This document shows, one piece after another, positions 39,401 through 53,100 of a stretch of 64,000 nt of DNA (position 1 is its first letter; each line of letters begins with the position of its first letter). Source of the DNA: Trichinella spiralis. Taxonomy: Eukaryota. The notes under the pieces were generated by a model. The model saw nothing but the letters and a program-made list of their open reading frames with translations. It was not told where the DNA came from and did not search any database. Both the position numbers and the translations under genes were made by a program. Location of the stretch: NCBI RefSeq assembly GCF_000181795.1, contig NW_003526941.1, positions 10,937,751 through 11,001,750 of the forward strand, written 5' to 3'.

Positions 39401-42400
39401 TGGTGTTAGTTGCTTGCTGTATATAATAATAATAGTTATAATAAGGTTGCCCAGTGGTAGGTGTTGTTTGTATATTGAGCGATGAAATTTGTTGGCCGAG
39501 GTTTTCTAATTGTATGTATACTTGGTGAGTTCGATTTGAGCATTGACTGATCCAAATAGTCGAACTGATCATGAAGCTGTGTAATTGGAGAGATTAGATG
39601 TACGGCGTATGGTTGGTTGATTTGGGTGTGAATATTTTGATCGGTTCGCTAATCGTTCAATTCATGCATGACGGAGGGCTGTTTGCGGTCGTTTAATAAC
39701 AACATTCCAGCTGTAACAGAAGTCTTTGGAGTCTAAAAGCTTGATGCTCTCTAACAGAGATGTTTTTTTTAAAAACAAATTTCGTCCTATCTTTTCCTTT
39801 TTTAGCACTTTATTTAGTTGTTTTTTTTTAAATTGTATATAATTCAAAAATGAAAAGTCTTCAAAATCTGACCCAGGATTGCAATAGCAGTAGTAGAACG
39901 ACGTTGTTGGGTATATTGGTTGGTTGGAATTTATGAATTTGTTCTTTTTTTTCTTGTTCTATACAGTTGATGGGGTTTTTACAATTGTATTTTATTGTAC
40001 ATTAACTTGTCAGAACATTGTATATTTTGTATAAATGAAAAAAATTGTTTTAAATAATATTGATAATTGGACAGATTGGCTTTTTTTCGCTATCTTATAG
40101 CTGCTGATTTTCGAATAATTGAGAAATGGAAAAGAATCAAAAGTACAAACCATCACCATCAGTTTTTGACATCGTTGAATTAATGTATGTGTGGTGATTC
40201 GTGATTTCAAGCTGTTTGGAGCTTTTTGCTATATTGGTGAAAAATATTTGACGAACGAAATTACTATTTTTATGCAAATCGATAGAAAATGAATGTTTTT
40301 AATCAATCAATCCACTCGGCAATGGCAGCAGAAAGCAGACAGGCAACATTGATCAGATTTTGCGCTTTACTTTTTTCCAATTTTCTTCAATCATCTCTAC
40401 TGAAACGCCCGCATGATTATGCATCTGTAGCAAGCAATCTTTTTTTAACGATTCTTTTTTAATCTTTAACAAGTAAGTAGTCCAGTGGATGGATAAGATG
40501 ATGGCAGATTTTTTTGGAACTAAAAATTTACATTTATCAAATGAATCATTATTATTGATATAAAATAAGCAAGTGCAAAATTTTAATTATTTATAATTGT
40601 TAGTTAGAAGTTTTGAAATTTCTCAACTGGTGAGTGTGATTCTCTTGAGAGAGAGAGAGTGTTTAGGGTAGTTATGATCAAAATTGGAATTTTTCGCTCA
40701 GTGAGAAGACATCAGTGAATTTATGTGTTGAAAATGTGCACCTGTATCTTCTTTATAAAAGAATTATGAAACCATTATGTGTATACATATACCGTATTGT
40801 GATCTTTGTTGAAGCGAGGGGGAAGAGCAGAGGAAGAGGAGGAGGAGGAGACAAAGTTGACAAATTACGAAGAAATGAAAATTTATTCTACATGATGTGT
40901 GTGACGTCCGCTCATTAATGCTGAAATGAAAAAGTTTCCGTTGAAATTATAAAATTTTGAATTATTATTATTATTGAAGTTGAAAATTAGCAATTTTATT
41001 TGCTTTTTCGAATAAGAAGAAGTGTTAGTTTTCTTTTTAGCTTAGATTAAAAAAGCCTGAACACATGCCAGTTATTAAGCATGTGTTGTTGTTTTTCAAG
41101 TAGAGAGCTTTTGGGAAATTTGGTGTTTTTTTATCTATTGGATTGATGAGAGAATTTCAAGCTTTTCTGTTCAGAATAGAAAATGTATTTTAAATAAATT
41201 TTACATTTTTCATTTCTGTAACGAAAATTATATTGTTTTTTGAATTTTATTTTGCAGAAACGCCTTAGCGGTTGCCAGAGAATTGAAAGATATTGCCGCT
41301 GAAGGACAAGCGTTTTATTCGCTCGGAAATTGTTTCACATTGCTTCGAGACTATCGTCAGGGTATGTGTGTGACTTTTTTTATTGGTTTTTTTATTAAAT
41401 ATTTTTCTGTTGAAATTGTTATTTTTTTTTCTTTTTAATTTAAATGTGGGGTGTTCTTCTTGATTTTCAGTTCATATATATATAGGTGAAATTTTGTTGA
41501 TGTTGTGATCCGCAAAATATATTCATTATTGTTATTGTTCATCCAAAATATTAAAATTATACCTATTTATTTAATGAACAAGAACGTCAAAGGAGAGATG
41601 ATTTATTTAATAATAATAATGATTATTATTATAATCCTGCAGCGCTGATGCACTGGTGGCTAGTATTCGACAAGCATATTTATTCAGTTTGCAGTATTAA
41701 ATGAAATTACATAGCATTCTATTATCGAGAGGCCAAAACAGCCGTTGGAACTGAACTCAGTGCAATGGAATTTTTGCTTCTGGATGCTTTGCAATTTTTT
41801 GAACATCCATAGAATCCATAGAAGCAAGAAATCATTCTCATTTTTTCAATAGAAATTCGTCGATGGAAAGTTTTTTTCTCAGCTGAAAATTCATGATGAT
41901 TATTTCTTTTATTTTTATAGTAGTAAAGGGGGGGGGTTCATTTGCAAAAGTCTTTATTCAAAGAAATGGTGTGTGGTTTAGGGGTAGAAAGTTTTATTCA
42001 TGCTTCAACAACCGTAGTTGCAGTTGGTATGTATATATGTTTTGTTTGCAGGATGGATAAGAATTGCAAGTACTTACTATTTTGCAGTTTATTATTATCT
42101 GATTTTAATGTATTTGCTTTCTCGATTGCAATCGAAGTTATTGATTGCTATAACAGTTTCAGTCGCCAATCATTGCGTCGTTATTTTTGCAAAATTTCTG
42201 TAGTGCAAATTATTATAAAATATTATAAGACTTATATTAATAATGACTGTTGAGAAAATAATAAATTTAAATGATCATCAAATAAGATATTTAGATATAT
42301 GTTTTTAGTTGACGTATGCTTACATGATGTAGTATTTTATTATTGTACTTGTTGTTGTTTTTGTTGAAAATGTTATATAAATTTAGCATTTTAGCGTCGT

Positions 42401-44486
42401 TTGTTATTTCAATTTCAATTTGCAGTTTGTTGCGTTCGTTTATATATATAAGACGAACGAGTTGAGTTTCATTTGAAGGCTGTATTGCCAAGAGGCACTG
42501 GTTGAATCCAGTGTCATTAAGCTAGCTTCATTGGCGTGATAGCCTTTAACAGTAGTGCATGTTTCTATTGTTATCCAGCTGAATCTTGTCACGGCTTCTC
42601 ATCACTCAGGTTGATTGTTAATGCTGTTTCCGTTTGCGATCATCATCACTCGGTATCCAAAGGCGATTTACTTTCCACGCAGGATCAATTTTTCTTCCAT
42701 ATATAAGCAGCACCCTGACAGTTGTTTCGTTTTCTCTTTCAAATTACCATTCGAACCCACCACCATTTGGAATCACTTTTGCATTATTTGATGGTTGTCT
42801 CTTATTGACCGACTGATTTTGAAAGCCGGTGAGGAATAGAGACTTTGTCGTCATTATATTGCCAAATTAAAATCCCAGCTTGTTGACTTGTTTACTGTCT
42901 GGTTAGCTAGCAATGATTAGGATAACATTTCATCTAATAAATTGGAATATTATTTATTGAATGTTGACTTTTACAATTGTAAAATGATTTAAAATTTACC
43001 TACCGCGTTTTTTTTTGATTTTTAATTTTACATTACCTGTTTATCATGAAAAGGAAAAAGAAATAATAGCTCGTTTAGCGTTAATAATAGTGATTTAATT
43101 TGATGTGTTTTTTTTGTATTCTCATTGCATTCTGTATTATGCTGCAATAATTGTCTTTTTTCAAATAATTTGTAAGTTGTCACGAATTACAAATGTCACT
43201 TTATACGCATTGCTTAATGATAATAATACAAAGTAGAATAGTTGTGTGAAAGGACTTTTGTAATACCTGATATCTTGTATTTTTATCTTTTATACGTGTT
43301 TTTTTCGTTTCTCTTTGAATAACTAAATTTCAGTTTATGATTTTCTGTTGACAAGCACGCCGTGTAGAGAGATGTTAGCAAAAAACTTTGAAATGTGAAT
43401 GTATGAGTAGTTTCAGTTTTTATATGTTTATTTTGACCAGTGTTATGTGTATACTTTATACAATAGTGTAAGATTAATAATGATTTTTAATTTTTTTCAG
43501 CTTATGATTTTGCTTTGCTTTGCCTGATTGTTGTATATAGGTTTTATGATTATTTTTTAATTTGCAAAAAATTCGTCGTAGTTAGTTTTAATCGATTGAC
43601 AATTGATAAAATTGTGTGCTTTTTAGCTGTTGATTATCATCTGCGTCATCTTGGGATTGCACGTCTTCTCAGCGACAAAGTCGGACAAGCCCGAGCCTGT
43701 TGGTCGTTGAGCAACGCGTTCATTCAACTTGAAGAATCCGAAAAATCACTCTACTTTACGTTGCTTCATTACGATTTGTCCAAAGAGGTTTTTGAAAAGA
43801 CCAGTTGACATTTCTTTTATGCAAATAATTTTTAATCCATATTTTTGGTATACAGATTGGAGATAAAAATGGAGAGATGGTGGCCGAGTTGAATTTGGTC
43901 GATTTGTCTCAGTTGATGGGTTCCGGTTGTCATCCAGATTCTTCGATGGATCCGGTGCCAGTGAAATTTGACGATGAGATTGTTGGTAAGTACTACTACT
44001 ACTGCTACTACTATTGCTTGGGTATATTTTTATTTATTTATATCTGTGCCTTTGGAGAATAATTATTTCCAAGTGAAATGTGTGTTTTTGTTGCAAAGAT
44101 CATTCTTATTATTGCTAATTAACTGCTGCAGGATGGGGTTTTGGGCGAATATATTTCAAACAAATGGTTTAGTCTGGTTTTATTTTTTGAGGGTTGTTGT
44201 TTTTGCATTTGTAATAGGATTTTTAATGTTCCATGTGCTCGTCGGTGCTGAACAATGTTTTTTGGTTTTTTATTCTTCTAAACACGTCCGTTGGATTTTT
44301 TTTTGTTTCAGCGTCAGTATTGGAGAAAGCGAAGAATGCTTATCGAACAAGTTGTGCCAATAGTGGTGGTAATAGTGCGGCAGCTTCGTCTGCAAGCAGG
44401 CCGAATTTGCCGCTGGCCCATTCGTTCGATGCACCGATGGTTCACATGCCGAACAATTTGAGCGTGAGAAAAAGCATTTTTTTTCT

Positions 44487-44524
<38 letters not shown>

Positions 44525-46410
44525 TTTGATTTTGCTTGATCGTCTAGACGAAATCGTTGAGCGACAGCTTGGATCAGGAGGCATTTTTTGACTACGTCAG
44601 TCGAGCTCAAAGCAAGCGTATGGATGATCAGCGTTGTGATCCGGATAAAGCGACATCCAAGAATTCAGTTACTGCACATCGTCAGGCAATCACTGGTATG
44701 ATAACAGTTTATTTATTTATTTATTTATTTATGCTGTGGTTTTTTTCTTTACCAAATCAGCCATCATCAGTGTGTAGTAGAGTTGTAATAGTGGAAATTT
44801 TGATCATCAACATCATCAACAAACCGTAATACTTCTTGAATCAAACCTTGTTGTCATTTAGGTTGTGTTTGTTTGTTTGTTTGATTGATTGATTCACTGC
44901 TTTTTTCCTCTCTTGTTTATTGCTGTTTCACAGTAGGGGTAAAAAATTATGCAGTTGGAAAAGTTTTAGTGTATTTTCTTCAACCCTTGTCCACAAAGGC
45001 TCGCCGCAGTCGTCGCCCGTTTACCTTGGAAATTTATTATTATTCACTTATTTATTTGTTTATTTTTGCATGATAAAAGCTTATGCTTGCAATTAATTTT
45101 GGAAATGAACTTTTATTATTCAAACGGTTGTCCATTTCGAATGCATTCTGTGGCTTGCTATGCTAATTTATGTTGTCCTCTTGTTCTGACTGTTCACTCA
45201 AATGCTTTTCTGTGTGTTCATTTACTGTATAAGGTGCACTTTTTCTGTGCATGTGAACTAACAGCAAGCATGTCATTAAATTTGTTGCTACTGAACCAAT
45301 AATTATTTTTTTAAAATGTAATTTTCTAAATTTTATATTTTCTATTCGAGGGAACTTAATTAATTTTTAAATCATCTTAAAACAACAACATACTAATAGT
45401 AATAGATATTATTAGGATATTTTGAATGTTCATTATTGAATTTTTTAAAAATTATTTGCTTATTTTTAAAATTCCAATACATATTAAACACAAAAATAGT
45501 GATTTTGTTATTTTTATTTAAAATAATTTTATTAGTGAATGCATTTAGAATTAGTTACAATTGGAATATGATTGTGAATTAATATTGTAATATTATTTAT
45601 TGTTAATATATTAAATAACATTATTGACTAATGCTATAAATTTTTAACATATTTTGTTATGGTTCTTTATTGTTCAGTATGTTGCTTATGAAATTATTTT
45701 GTTTATTGGTTTACTTCTTCTCAATTCTCTTCTTGCACTTTTTTATTAATATGTCGTAACAGATGTCGTTCATATTTTACTGTATCTTTTTCAAACTTTC
45801 TTCTTTTGTTTTGTTTGTTGTAATTCAAATGGATTGGATATATATATACATATGCATATCTATGACTTGTTTTTATTCTGTGTTGGGCTATGTTTTCTTT
45901 TTGCATGAATATTTTTTTTCTGTTCACTCTTAGATGTGCAGGCAGTGTTCTTGCCCGTTGACGCTGCGGCGACCCAGTGTTGCTGGCATGAGGCAGGTTA
46001 TCCTCGTCCCTCTAAGCAATCTGCCCGCAGTTGGTTGAAGAGGATATCAAAGACATGCGGTCGTAAATCACGCAAGTATATACCAGTTAAAGAGGACGTC
46101 GCTCAGGCTTCGTCGTCCACCTCCTCTCTGAGTAAGGCTGTTTCACTTTTTTCCAGCTTCCGTATTTCATTTTTCCTGTATCACACAGTACAGTAGCCGG
46201 AGGGTAAAATTCATTTCTGTTTTTTTTTGTTTTTACAATTTCAGCTTTATCACAATCAATATACGAAGTTGATGGAATATTTTATGTATTATCCTTTTTT
46301 GTCTACTTTTTCTGCATTGACAACACAAATTACAAATTTCCATCTTAATTTTACCAAGCAGTTTGTTGTTGCCCTACTATATATAACGGTGTTGTTTGAT
46401 CATGATCGAC

Positions 46411-46445
<35 letters not shown>

Positions 46446-47124
46446 TTGTAATTAATAAGGAATTAATTATATTTTTTGAAATTTTAGCTGAACATCACGA
46501 GTCTGATGATTTGGTCGATTTGATTATTGGTATGCAAAGTCGACGAATGGATGACCAACGTGCCAGTTTGCCTTTTTTGCCTGGCTTGCAAAATTCAGCC
46601 GCCTTGGCGATCAGTGCCGAAGCAGCTTTTATGCTCAGGGCTGGCTCGGCGTCTGAATTGCATCCAAATGTCGACGCTTCAACTTCTACAACTAGCGGCA
46701 AGACAACCCCTGATGCGGGTCTGCAGCAGCGTATACAGGTCGGCCAAGAAGAGCATGGCAATGCTGAAGAAGAGATGCATCATTTGGATGAATTTTTTGA
46801 CATACTGATACGTTGTCAAGTATTATTCATATATATAAATTTTATTTGGGGGATTTATTATTATTTATTTTTTTAAATATGCTTTTAGAGTACCAGAATT
46901 GAAGAGCAGCGAAGTGAATTTCCAGCTGAACGAGCTCTCACCGTTCCTGATGAAGATTTCTTCGAACTGGTATTGAAACTCCAAGCACGACGGTTTGTAG
47001 CAATTTAATACTTGTTCTTGTTATATTTGAATAACATGACTAAATTTTGTTGTTCAGATTTGAAGAACAACGAGCAAATCTTAGTGCTGCTGTACAGAGA
47101 CACCCGTCCACATCGAGCAAATGA
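30426..47124 (+). CDS. ags-3: G-protein signalling modulator (AGS3/LGN/Pins, GPSM1/2-like): TPR repeats plus four GoLoco motifs, about 14 exons
   Basis: Exon 30426-30673 encodes [15 protein letters not shown]...[20 protein letters not shown]...[16 protein letters not shown] exons start at 38229, 38446, 38653, 38975, 41258, 43627 and 43856. GoLoco motifs are [51 protein letters not shown] and [17 protein letters not shown]. Stop TGA at 47122-47124. Confidence 0.95.
32714..33346. repeat. Left arm of a ~630-bp inverted repeat (pairs with 34033-34664)
   Basis: Manual reverse-complement comparison. It explains the identical 74-aa ORFs at 32754-32978(-) and 34400-34624(+). Confidence 0.95.
33385..34101 (+). 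pseudogene. 5'-truncated piggyBac (PGBD4-like) transposase: C-terminal part of the catalytic domain plus the cysteine-rich domain
   Basis: [30 protein letters not shown] (third catalytic Asp), [10 protein letters not shown], and C-terminal RRCVFC...[12 protein letters not shown]...CEHC. The segments with the first two catalytic Asp residues are absent. Confidence 0.92.
34033..34664. repeat. Right arm of a ~630-bp inverted repeat (pairs with 32714-33346)
   Basis: Includes the last ~22 transposase codons, the stop codon and the downstream element sequence. Confidence 0.95.
38855..38972. repeat. Compound trinucleotide repeat (CTG/CTA/TTA) filling a GPSM intron up to the acceptor
   Basis: actgctgctgccactgctgctgctg...tactactactgctattattattattatc...tattattattattattattattatag. 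Confidence 0.8.
44491..44520. repeat. (TG)15 microsatellite in a short GPSM intron
   Basis: Perfect TG run at 44491-44520. Confidence 0.92.
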
Positions 47125-50100
47125 AAACGGCCATCAGTAGAACATCACTATCTGCCGTTGTGCAAGATTATATCATCATTCGACATCTTTCGTATTTTAT
47201 TTTATTTTATTTTATTAATTTCACATTTTAAAAAATTTTCTTTTTGCACATTATGTACATTGTAATGAGCACATACATCAACATGTGATGCACTGAATGA
47301 AATTATTATTCATTGAAAAGGAAAGGAGAAAAACTGCTGCTGCTGCTGCTGGTTACTATGCATTCAGATGAAGTGCATCACAACATTTGCTTGCAGTTTT
47401 TATCACAAAGCTTTTATATCTGTTTTACATATAGTGAACGTTCAAATTTTACAATTTCTTTTCATTTTCTCCATAATAATAATGTTTACGATTCTTCCAA
47501 AGTTTCTACACGGCTTTGTTGCGTTTTATTATTATTATTATTATTATTTATTTTCATTGCAATAATCGTCGTGTAGCCAGCCTTTTTGGAAATTGATAAT
47601 GAATTTTTAGGAATAAACTTTTATTTAAATTACTATTAAAATATAGTTTGATTTTTCATGTTTGACTATTTACAATATGCGTTTGTTATTATTCAATAAT
47701 CGCATTATGACTACCTGATTGTTATTAATGTACCTATATATACAGTGCAGTTAATTATCATGTTTATATATATATATTTTTTTTTAATTGTTTTTATAGA
47801 TTCTATCCGAAGATCTTAGCAAAAGTAGTAGTAGACTTAGATATGTAATACTTAACTGATAAAGCTGAAGAAAGAATCCACGTGTGGTGCATTGGTGCAT
47901 TTATTTGGCTATGTAGAAAAATTCAAAGAGAGGAGCCGTTGTTCAACCAACGTCTTCATTATTCGATAGCGTTGTTTGCACAAATGCATAGAATAATAAT
48001 GATAATAATAATAATAATAATAATCACTGGTTTGCATATTTGTGCGTGTGCGTGTATTTTTATGTTTATTCAACATGCAAATCAATCCAAAGTCGACCAA
48101 TTGCGGCTGACGTCTGCCTTTCACCACCGAAAGCCAATGCGGCGCCGGCCAGTGCTAATCGCGCAGCACGTTGTTTGGTCGGCAAAAGTTGTGGCCGCCG
48201 GGCAGCTGCTGTTCTACTTTGCCGGCCAAGTCGAATCGTCATCATCCATTCAAGCATCCGCTCTAGCTACTGGCTGGCTTGGCGTTGGCCTTGCATTCAC
48301 TTCTTGTCCATTACAAACAACAACCAACGCATCACACGCTTTCAGCAATCCACCACATCCGGCACTTGTATAGATCCAATTGTCCTCTTTTTTGTTTGGT
48401 CGAATTCTGATCTGTGTGTAATTGTCGTTCTTTTTTATTGCACACCAACACAATCATCACAGATAATCTGGCAGTTCAGTTTTTACCATCAGTCGTCATC
48501 AGATGCAACTTAAATGCGATGGTAAGTTATTGAATTATTATTATTATTGTTGTTGTTGTTGTGGATATTTTATTTGCTGTTGGTGAATGAATATTTAATA
48601 AGTTCCCTATACTGCTTTTTCTTTCTTTTTTTTCTGAAACTTTTCATCAAATCTCATCATATTTTCAACATTCGATTCGATCAGGTTTGCGCGTTAAGAT
48701 AGAGTGGAAAAAGCTGAATTTAGAGGAAAAAATTTACATTTTTTCTTTTAATTCATAATTGATTCGTGTAGATTTGCTTTTTTATTTTGAATTCCATCTA
48801 GCGTACGTATTATTGTACATATTGAAAATGAACACAACGATGTTAATTGTGAGTGAAAGTGTGTATCTATTCTATGAATTTGCATAACTTGAAAGGTTAC
48901 ATTTGAACAACGTGTAATGTTTCACCAGTAATGGTTGTTTTTCTTTTTGTTTCATCATATACTTTATCACAAATGTATTACAAGAATGTATATACATATA
49001 TGCAAGTACATTACGACAGATTTTCATGTAAAAGGAAATAGTCAATTATTTCGTGTTCAATTCATTTTCAGTTGGTGAATTTTTCAATTTTCTATTGAGG
49101 GTATTGTTTTGTATGGGTAAGAACAATAGGGGACTAAATTCAATGTAACGAAAATAGTGAACCGTCTGCTCGTGTGAAAATTGGAACAATGATGCTTGAT
49201 AGCTTGAATACAGAGTGTTTGATTGGATTGTTATAGTATTATGGTGATAAATAGTAGTACAAATGAGGACAATGATTTTGTAAAGCGGTATACTGCCGTT
49301 GGTGATGAAATTAGATTAACGTCGATTGCATTTGATTGTAATCATCAATCTGTGTAGTTACTGTTTAGGAGTTTTGTTTAGGCGGGCAGTTTGCAAGCAT
49401 TTTTTCTTCATGATTAGGTTAGGTTAGGTTAGGTTGATTTTCTTTATTTATCATAATGAGTGGACATCTGCTTCGAAAACACTTCACCAAATGGTGGATT
49501 TCTGTTGAATTGCAATAAAATTTGAGAAAGGAATCCGATTTTTATTTTTCCATTTAAAAGAAACATCTTCAGCAGAAATGAGTGAGTGGTTCTAGCAGCT
49601 GGATTGAAAACAAAAATGAACAAATGCTTTCAACAAATAGTTGTGAAATGTTGGCTTTTTCTTGGTGAAGAAATCATACTTCATTTTCTTTTTCTTTTGT
49701 AAAGAGAATATTTTCCAACAATGGATGCGCAAAGCAGATTTTGGTCCACCATTGTCATACGATTCTTCTTTTGGAGGTTGTCTGTTCGATTTTGTCCCAT
49801 TGACCGGCCATGTCCGGTCAAAGGAGCCGGCGGCGGCGTCTGTTGGTTTGTGTGAATTTGACGGGCCGGATTAATATGCGAAGAAGAAGCCAGCTGGGAT
49901 GGATAGTCGGCGAACAAGCCGGGTTGCAGGTGTTGTAGGTCAAATTTTGCCGTCATCTTGCATTGAAGCCCCCGCTGGTTCCAATCCAATTCAGGGTCTT
50001 TGCTCATTCATTGCAGGGGTCGGGCGATGTTGCATTTGTTTTGTGCAGCGAGAAATTGGAAATGAGCTGGAAGGAATTGTAATTTTTGTAAATTAATTTT

Positions 50101-53100
50101 CGTATCAACCCTCTTTCTGTTATTTCAATTAAGTGGTTTATTGTAAATTTGAATGAAATTAAATTCTATTTAAATGATGATTTAGCATCAACTGCTTGTT
50201 GGATAGTCATAGAACATTGTTTTCAATTCAAAGGCATTCTAATACACTGTGTGCACTTTTTGTACAAACTGAATTTTAAACTTACCAACTATATGTATTT
50301 TTCTTAAATTACAGTAACTTTTTTCTTCAATTTCTGTATGCACACGAGGTTGATTGCTTTTGATTACATTTAAAAAATTCGAAAACAAGGTCGATAAAGT
50401 TGTAGTGTTGTATGTTTACGTGCAATTTGACATTCAGTGTTGTAATTGTTGGTTAATTTCAACCAGAAATGAACGTGGTGAATGGGAAAATATTTCGAAT
50501 GAATGATAAAATAAATGACTATTTTTATAGTGTTATTTCATCCGTTTAACTTTAATTAACTTTAAAATTTTTGCACAACAGTAATTTTTTTTCGTGTTGT
50601 AAAATGCATTTCCGTGATGTTATTTCGAATAATTAATTGTGTAAAAGAGCTTTTTCTTTCAACAGTGACAACATATAAATTATTCAGATCAGTGTTTAAA
50701 CAGTGGATAAATTGAATAACTCGTAGGGAGGTAAGAAGAAATACTGGAACAGAAACAAGCACACCGCAAGTTCAGAGTTACAATAAAGTATTGTATTTTA
50801 GTATTTTGTGTTGGATGTGTGTCTGTTTTTAAAATAGTTTTTTGCTTGGGGTAACGTTGAAAAGGTGCTTGAACCTTGGTGAACAATGAAGATGAAAAAT
50901 AGGCAACGTCAGTGATATGAATTTAACAGACAGAAAAATGGCTGTCTGTTTAAGTACGCTTGTTGGCTAATACGTATTGTCAGTAGCAATTGTGAAGAAC
51001 AGTATAAAGTAAAACTCGGTAGTGGATTGCAGTTGCTACTGGAGAAAGTGATGAAGTTGAAAATGTGATCGAGGATTATTCCGATTTTCGTACGTTCAGT
51101 TGGTTTGGTGTGTGTGAAGTTGATTTTCACTGAATCACTGATTTGATGGGAAATGAAGATTCAGTTGCCCATTTGCAGGACTGTATTCCATCAGATGAAT
51201 ATGATAAGCATCATCACCGTGGTTGATGTATTTATTTTTTCAATAAGATTGTTGAACTACAGCAGCAATTGTATTTTTCACGGTTGATTAAGAAGAGGAA
51301 TTTGAAAGAATGAGAAGCAAAACATGAATTTAAAAAAAAGGCCTAATAGTACTACTAATAATAATAATAATAATAAGCGAAAGCGTTGAACAGAGGTGAA
51401 AAAGACAGGCTATTGGTGAATGGAGAAAACAAGGGGAAGTGGGTATTGTTCTTCCAGGCAACAGGACCGACCGCCTCTCGGTAGGAAATCGACGATAGCT
51501 GCTGCCGCCTTTGGCTAATTGAAGTCGACCGACTGGTTTCACAACTGCTGAACAAAAATTGGCTGTTTTCATTCATCACAATAAATTTCCCTCTGTCCAT
51601 CATCAATTTTTGGCTAATCGTATTTTTGTTTCCCTCAAATAAGCCTTGCCGAACATATTTTCCACTTTTTCCCACGCTTAGCTGCTTGTTTGGTTGTGCT
51701 GCGCTGGCACACGTTGACTTGGCTTGTAGCCAAAATTTCAAGCTGGTCTTCTCTGATGGCTTTTCAACAACCGAGCAGATCTGCAACGTCGTTTCGCCTA
51801 CTGTCTGCTTGTTCGTCGAAATGGAAGAAAAGAACCAGGCAAATCAAAAAGCGATGTTCATTTGTACCTGATAACGATTTTTGGCAATATTATTTTTGCC
51901 CTTGCAGAGGTGAACAATTTATTGTTCGTTCGGTGGCATTTTTTAAATTATCATCTTTTTTTGTTCAGCAGAATTCTCAATTCTTTTTTTCTTTTTTTTA
52001 ATTAATTTCTTTGATATCCCCCCTCTCGTCACACTCTGTATTGGAGAGGTATATTTAATCAATTGGAAAATTCTTCTTTGCAGCAGTAGTAGTTTGATAC
52101 GTTTTGATATCTTGTAAAGCAAGGAAGACGAGGCACATTTGAGGGGAATATTTTGCAATTATTTTATCCAATTATTTAACATTTTAACAAAATATTCATA
52201 ATTTAATCTTTTTTTCCCCTAAAAAGTCGATGCAAACTCTGTTTTCTTTTTCTTGTTTAAAGTTCACAAGCATAATCTTTATTCTGATTACAATCATGAA
52301 ATGAATGCTTTTTTTAATCAGTACAATAATATTGCACATAATATCATAAGTTTGTGATTAGATGAAATTTCAATATTGAATTTGTCATTTTAGATGTGTA
52401 TCATCACGTTTTGGTTTGCAATTCAGATCTTGTTACTAGTAAAAATAAAATGTTTTACGTAAATGTCATAAAATACCACCAGTCGATGATGTAAAAATGA
52501 CAACTCTGCTAATTTGGTTGATCAGTCATCTATTGTTTATTTTCTTTTTTTGCTGGTTTGCTAAATTTAATGTGGAAATGCGCTTTTTTTGATCGAAATT
52601 TTCACCACAATTAATCATTGTTAATGTATTTTTCACAAAACTATGAATTTCCATGAAAAGTGTTTCGTGACAAATTTTTTCACGTGCTTCTATTTGAATT
52701 ATTTGTTCAAAATTGAAACCAGTTGTGTAGAAGGTAAACAAACGAACAAACGAATGCCCGGCTAACAACAGCAACTTTGCAGCATTGTTTGCTGCTCGGG
52801 GGTTCCAAGTTTTATTTTATTTCATGTTTAAATGTTTAAATACTGAACTTTGTTCTCTTTTTTTTAATAAACAAATCAGTGAAATTATTACAGTATTAAG
52901 TGTGCAAAAGTAATTCATTCTTCACACCTTCAACTAAATTCTTTAATGTTTTTTAAGCTAATTTTTTCACTTCGCAAGTGCATAAGTTCATTGAATTTAT
53001 TGTAAAAGGATTGTCATTTTTTGATTTTAAAACAAAACAAAAGAAAACGTAACAACTGAAATAAACCTTTGATCAGTACAATTTCCCGCTAAATATTTAT

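Noticed and set aside
47882..48513. 163-aa and 157-aa plus-strand ORFs
   Set aside because: They begin at GTG/TTG, the first reads through a TAA-type microsatellite, and neither has domain features. More likely promoter/5' UTR sequence.
49414..49433. (TTAGG)4 telomere-like repeat
   Set aside because: Only four units, internal, and comparable to the many other short microsatellites in this window.
51355..52001. Overlapping ORFs on both strands in a GC-richer block
   Set aside because: No consistent splice sites or recognisable protein; treated as intronic/regulatory.
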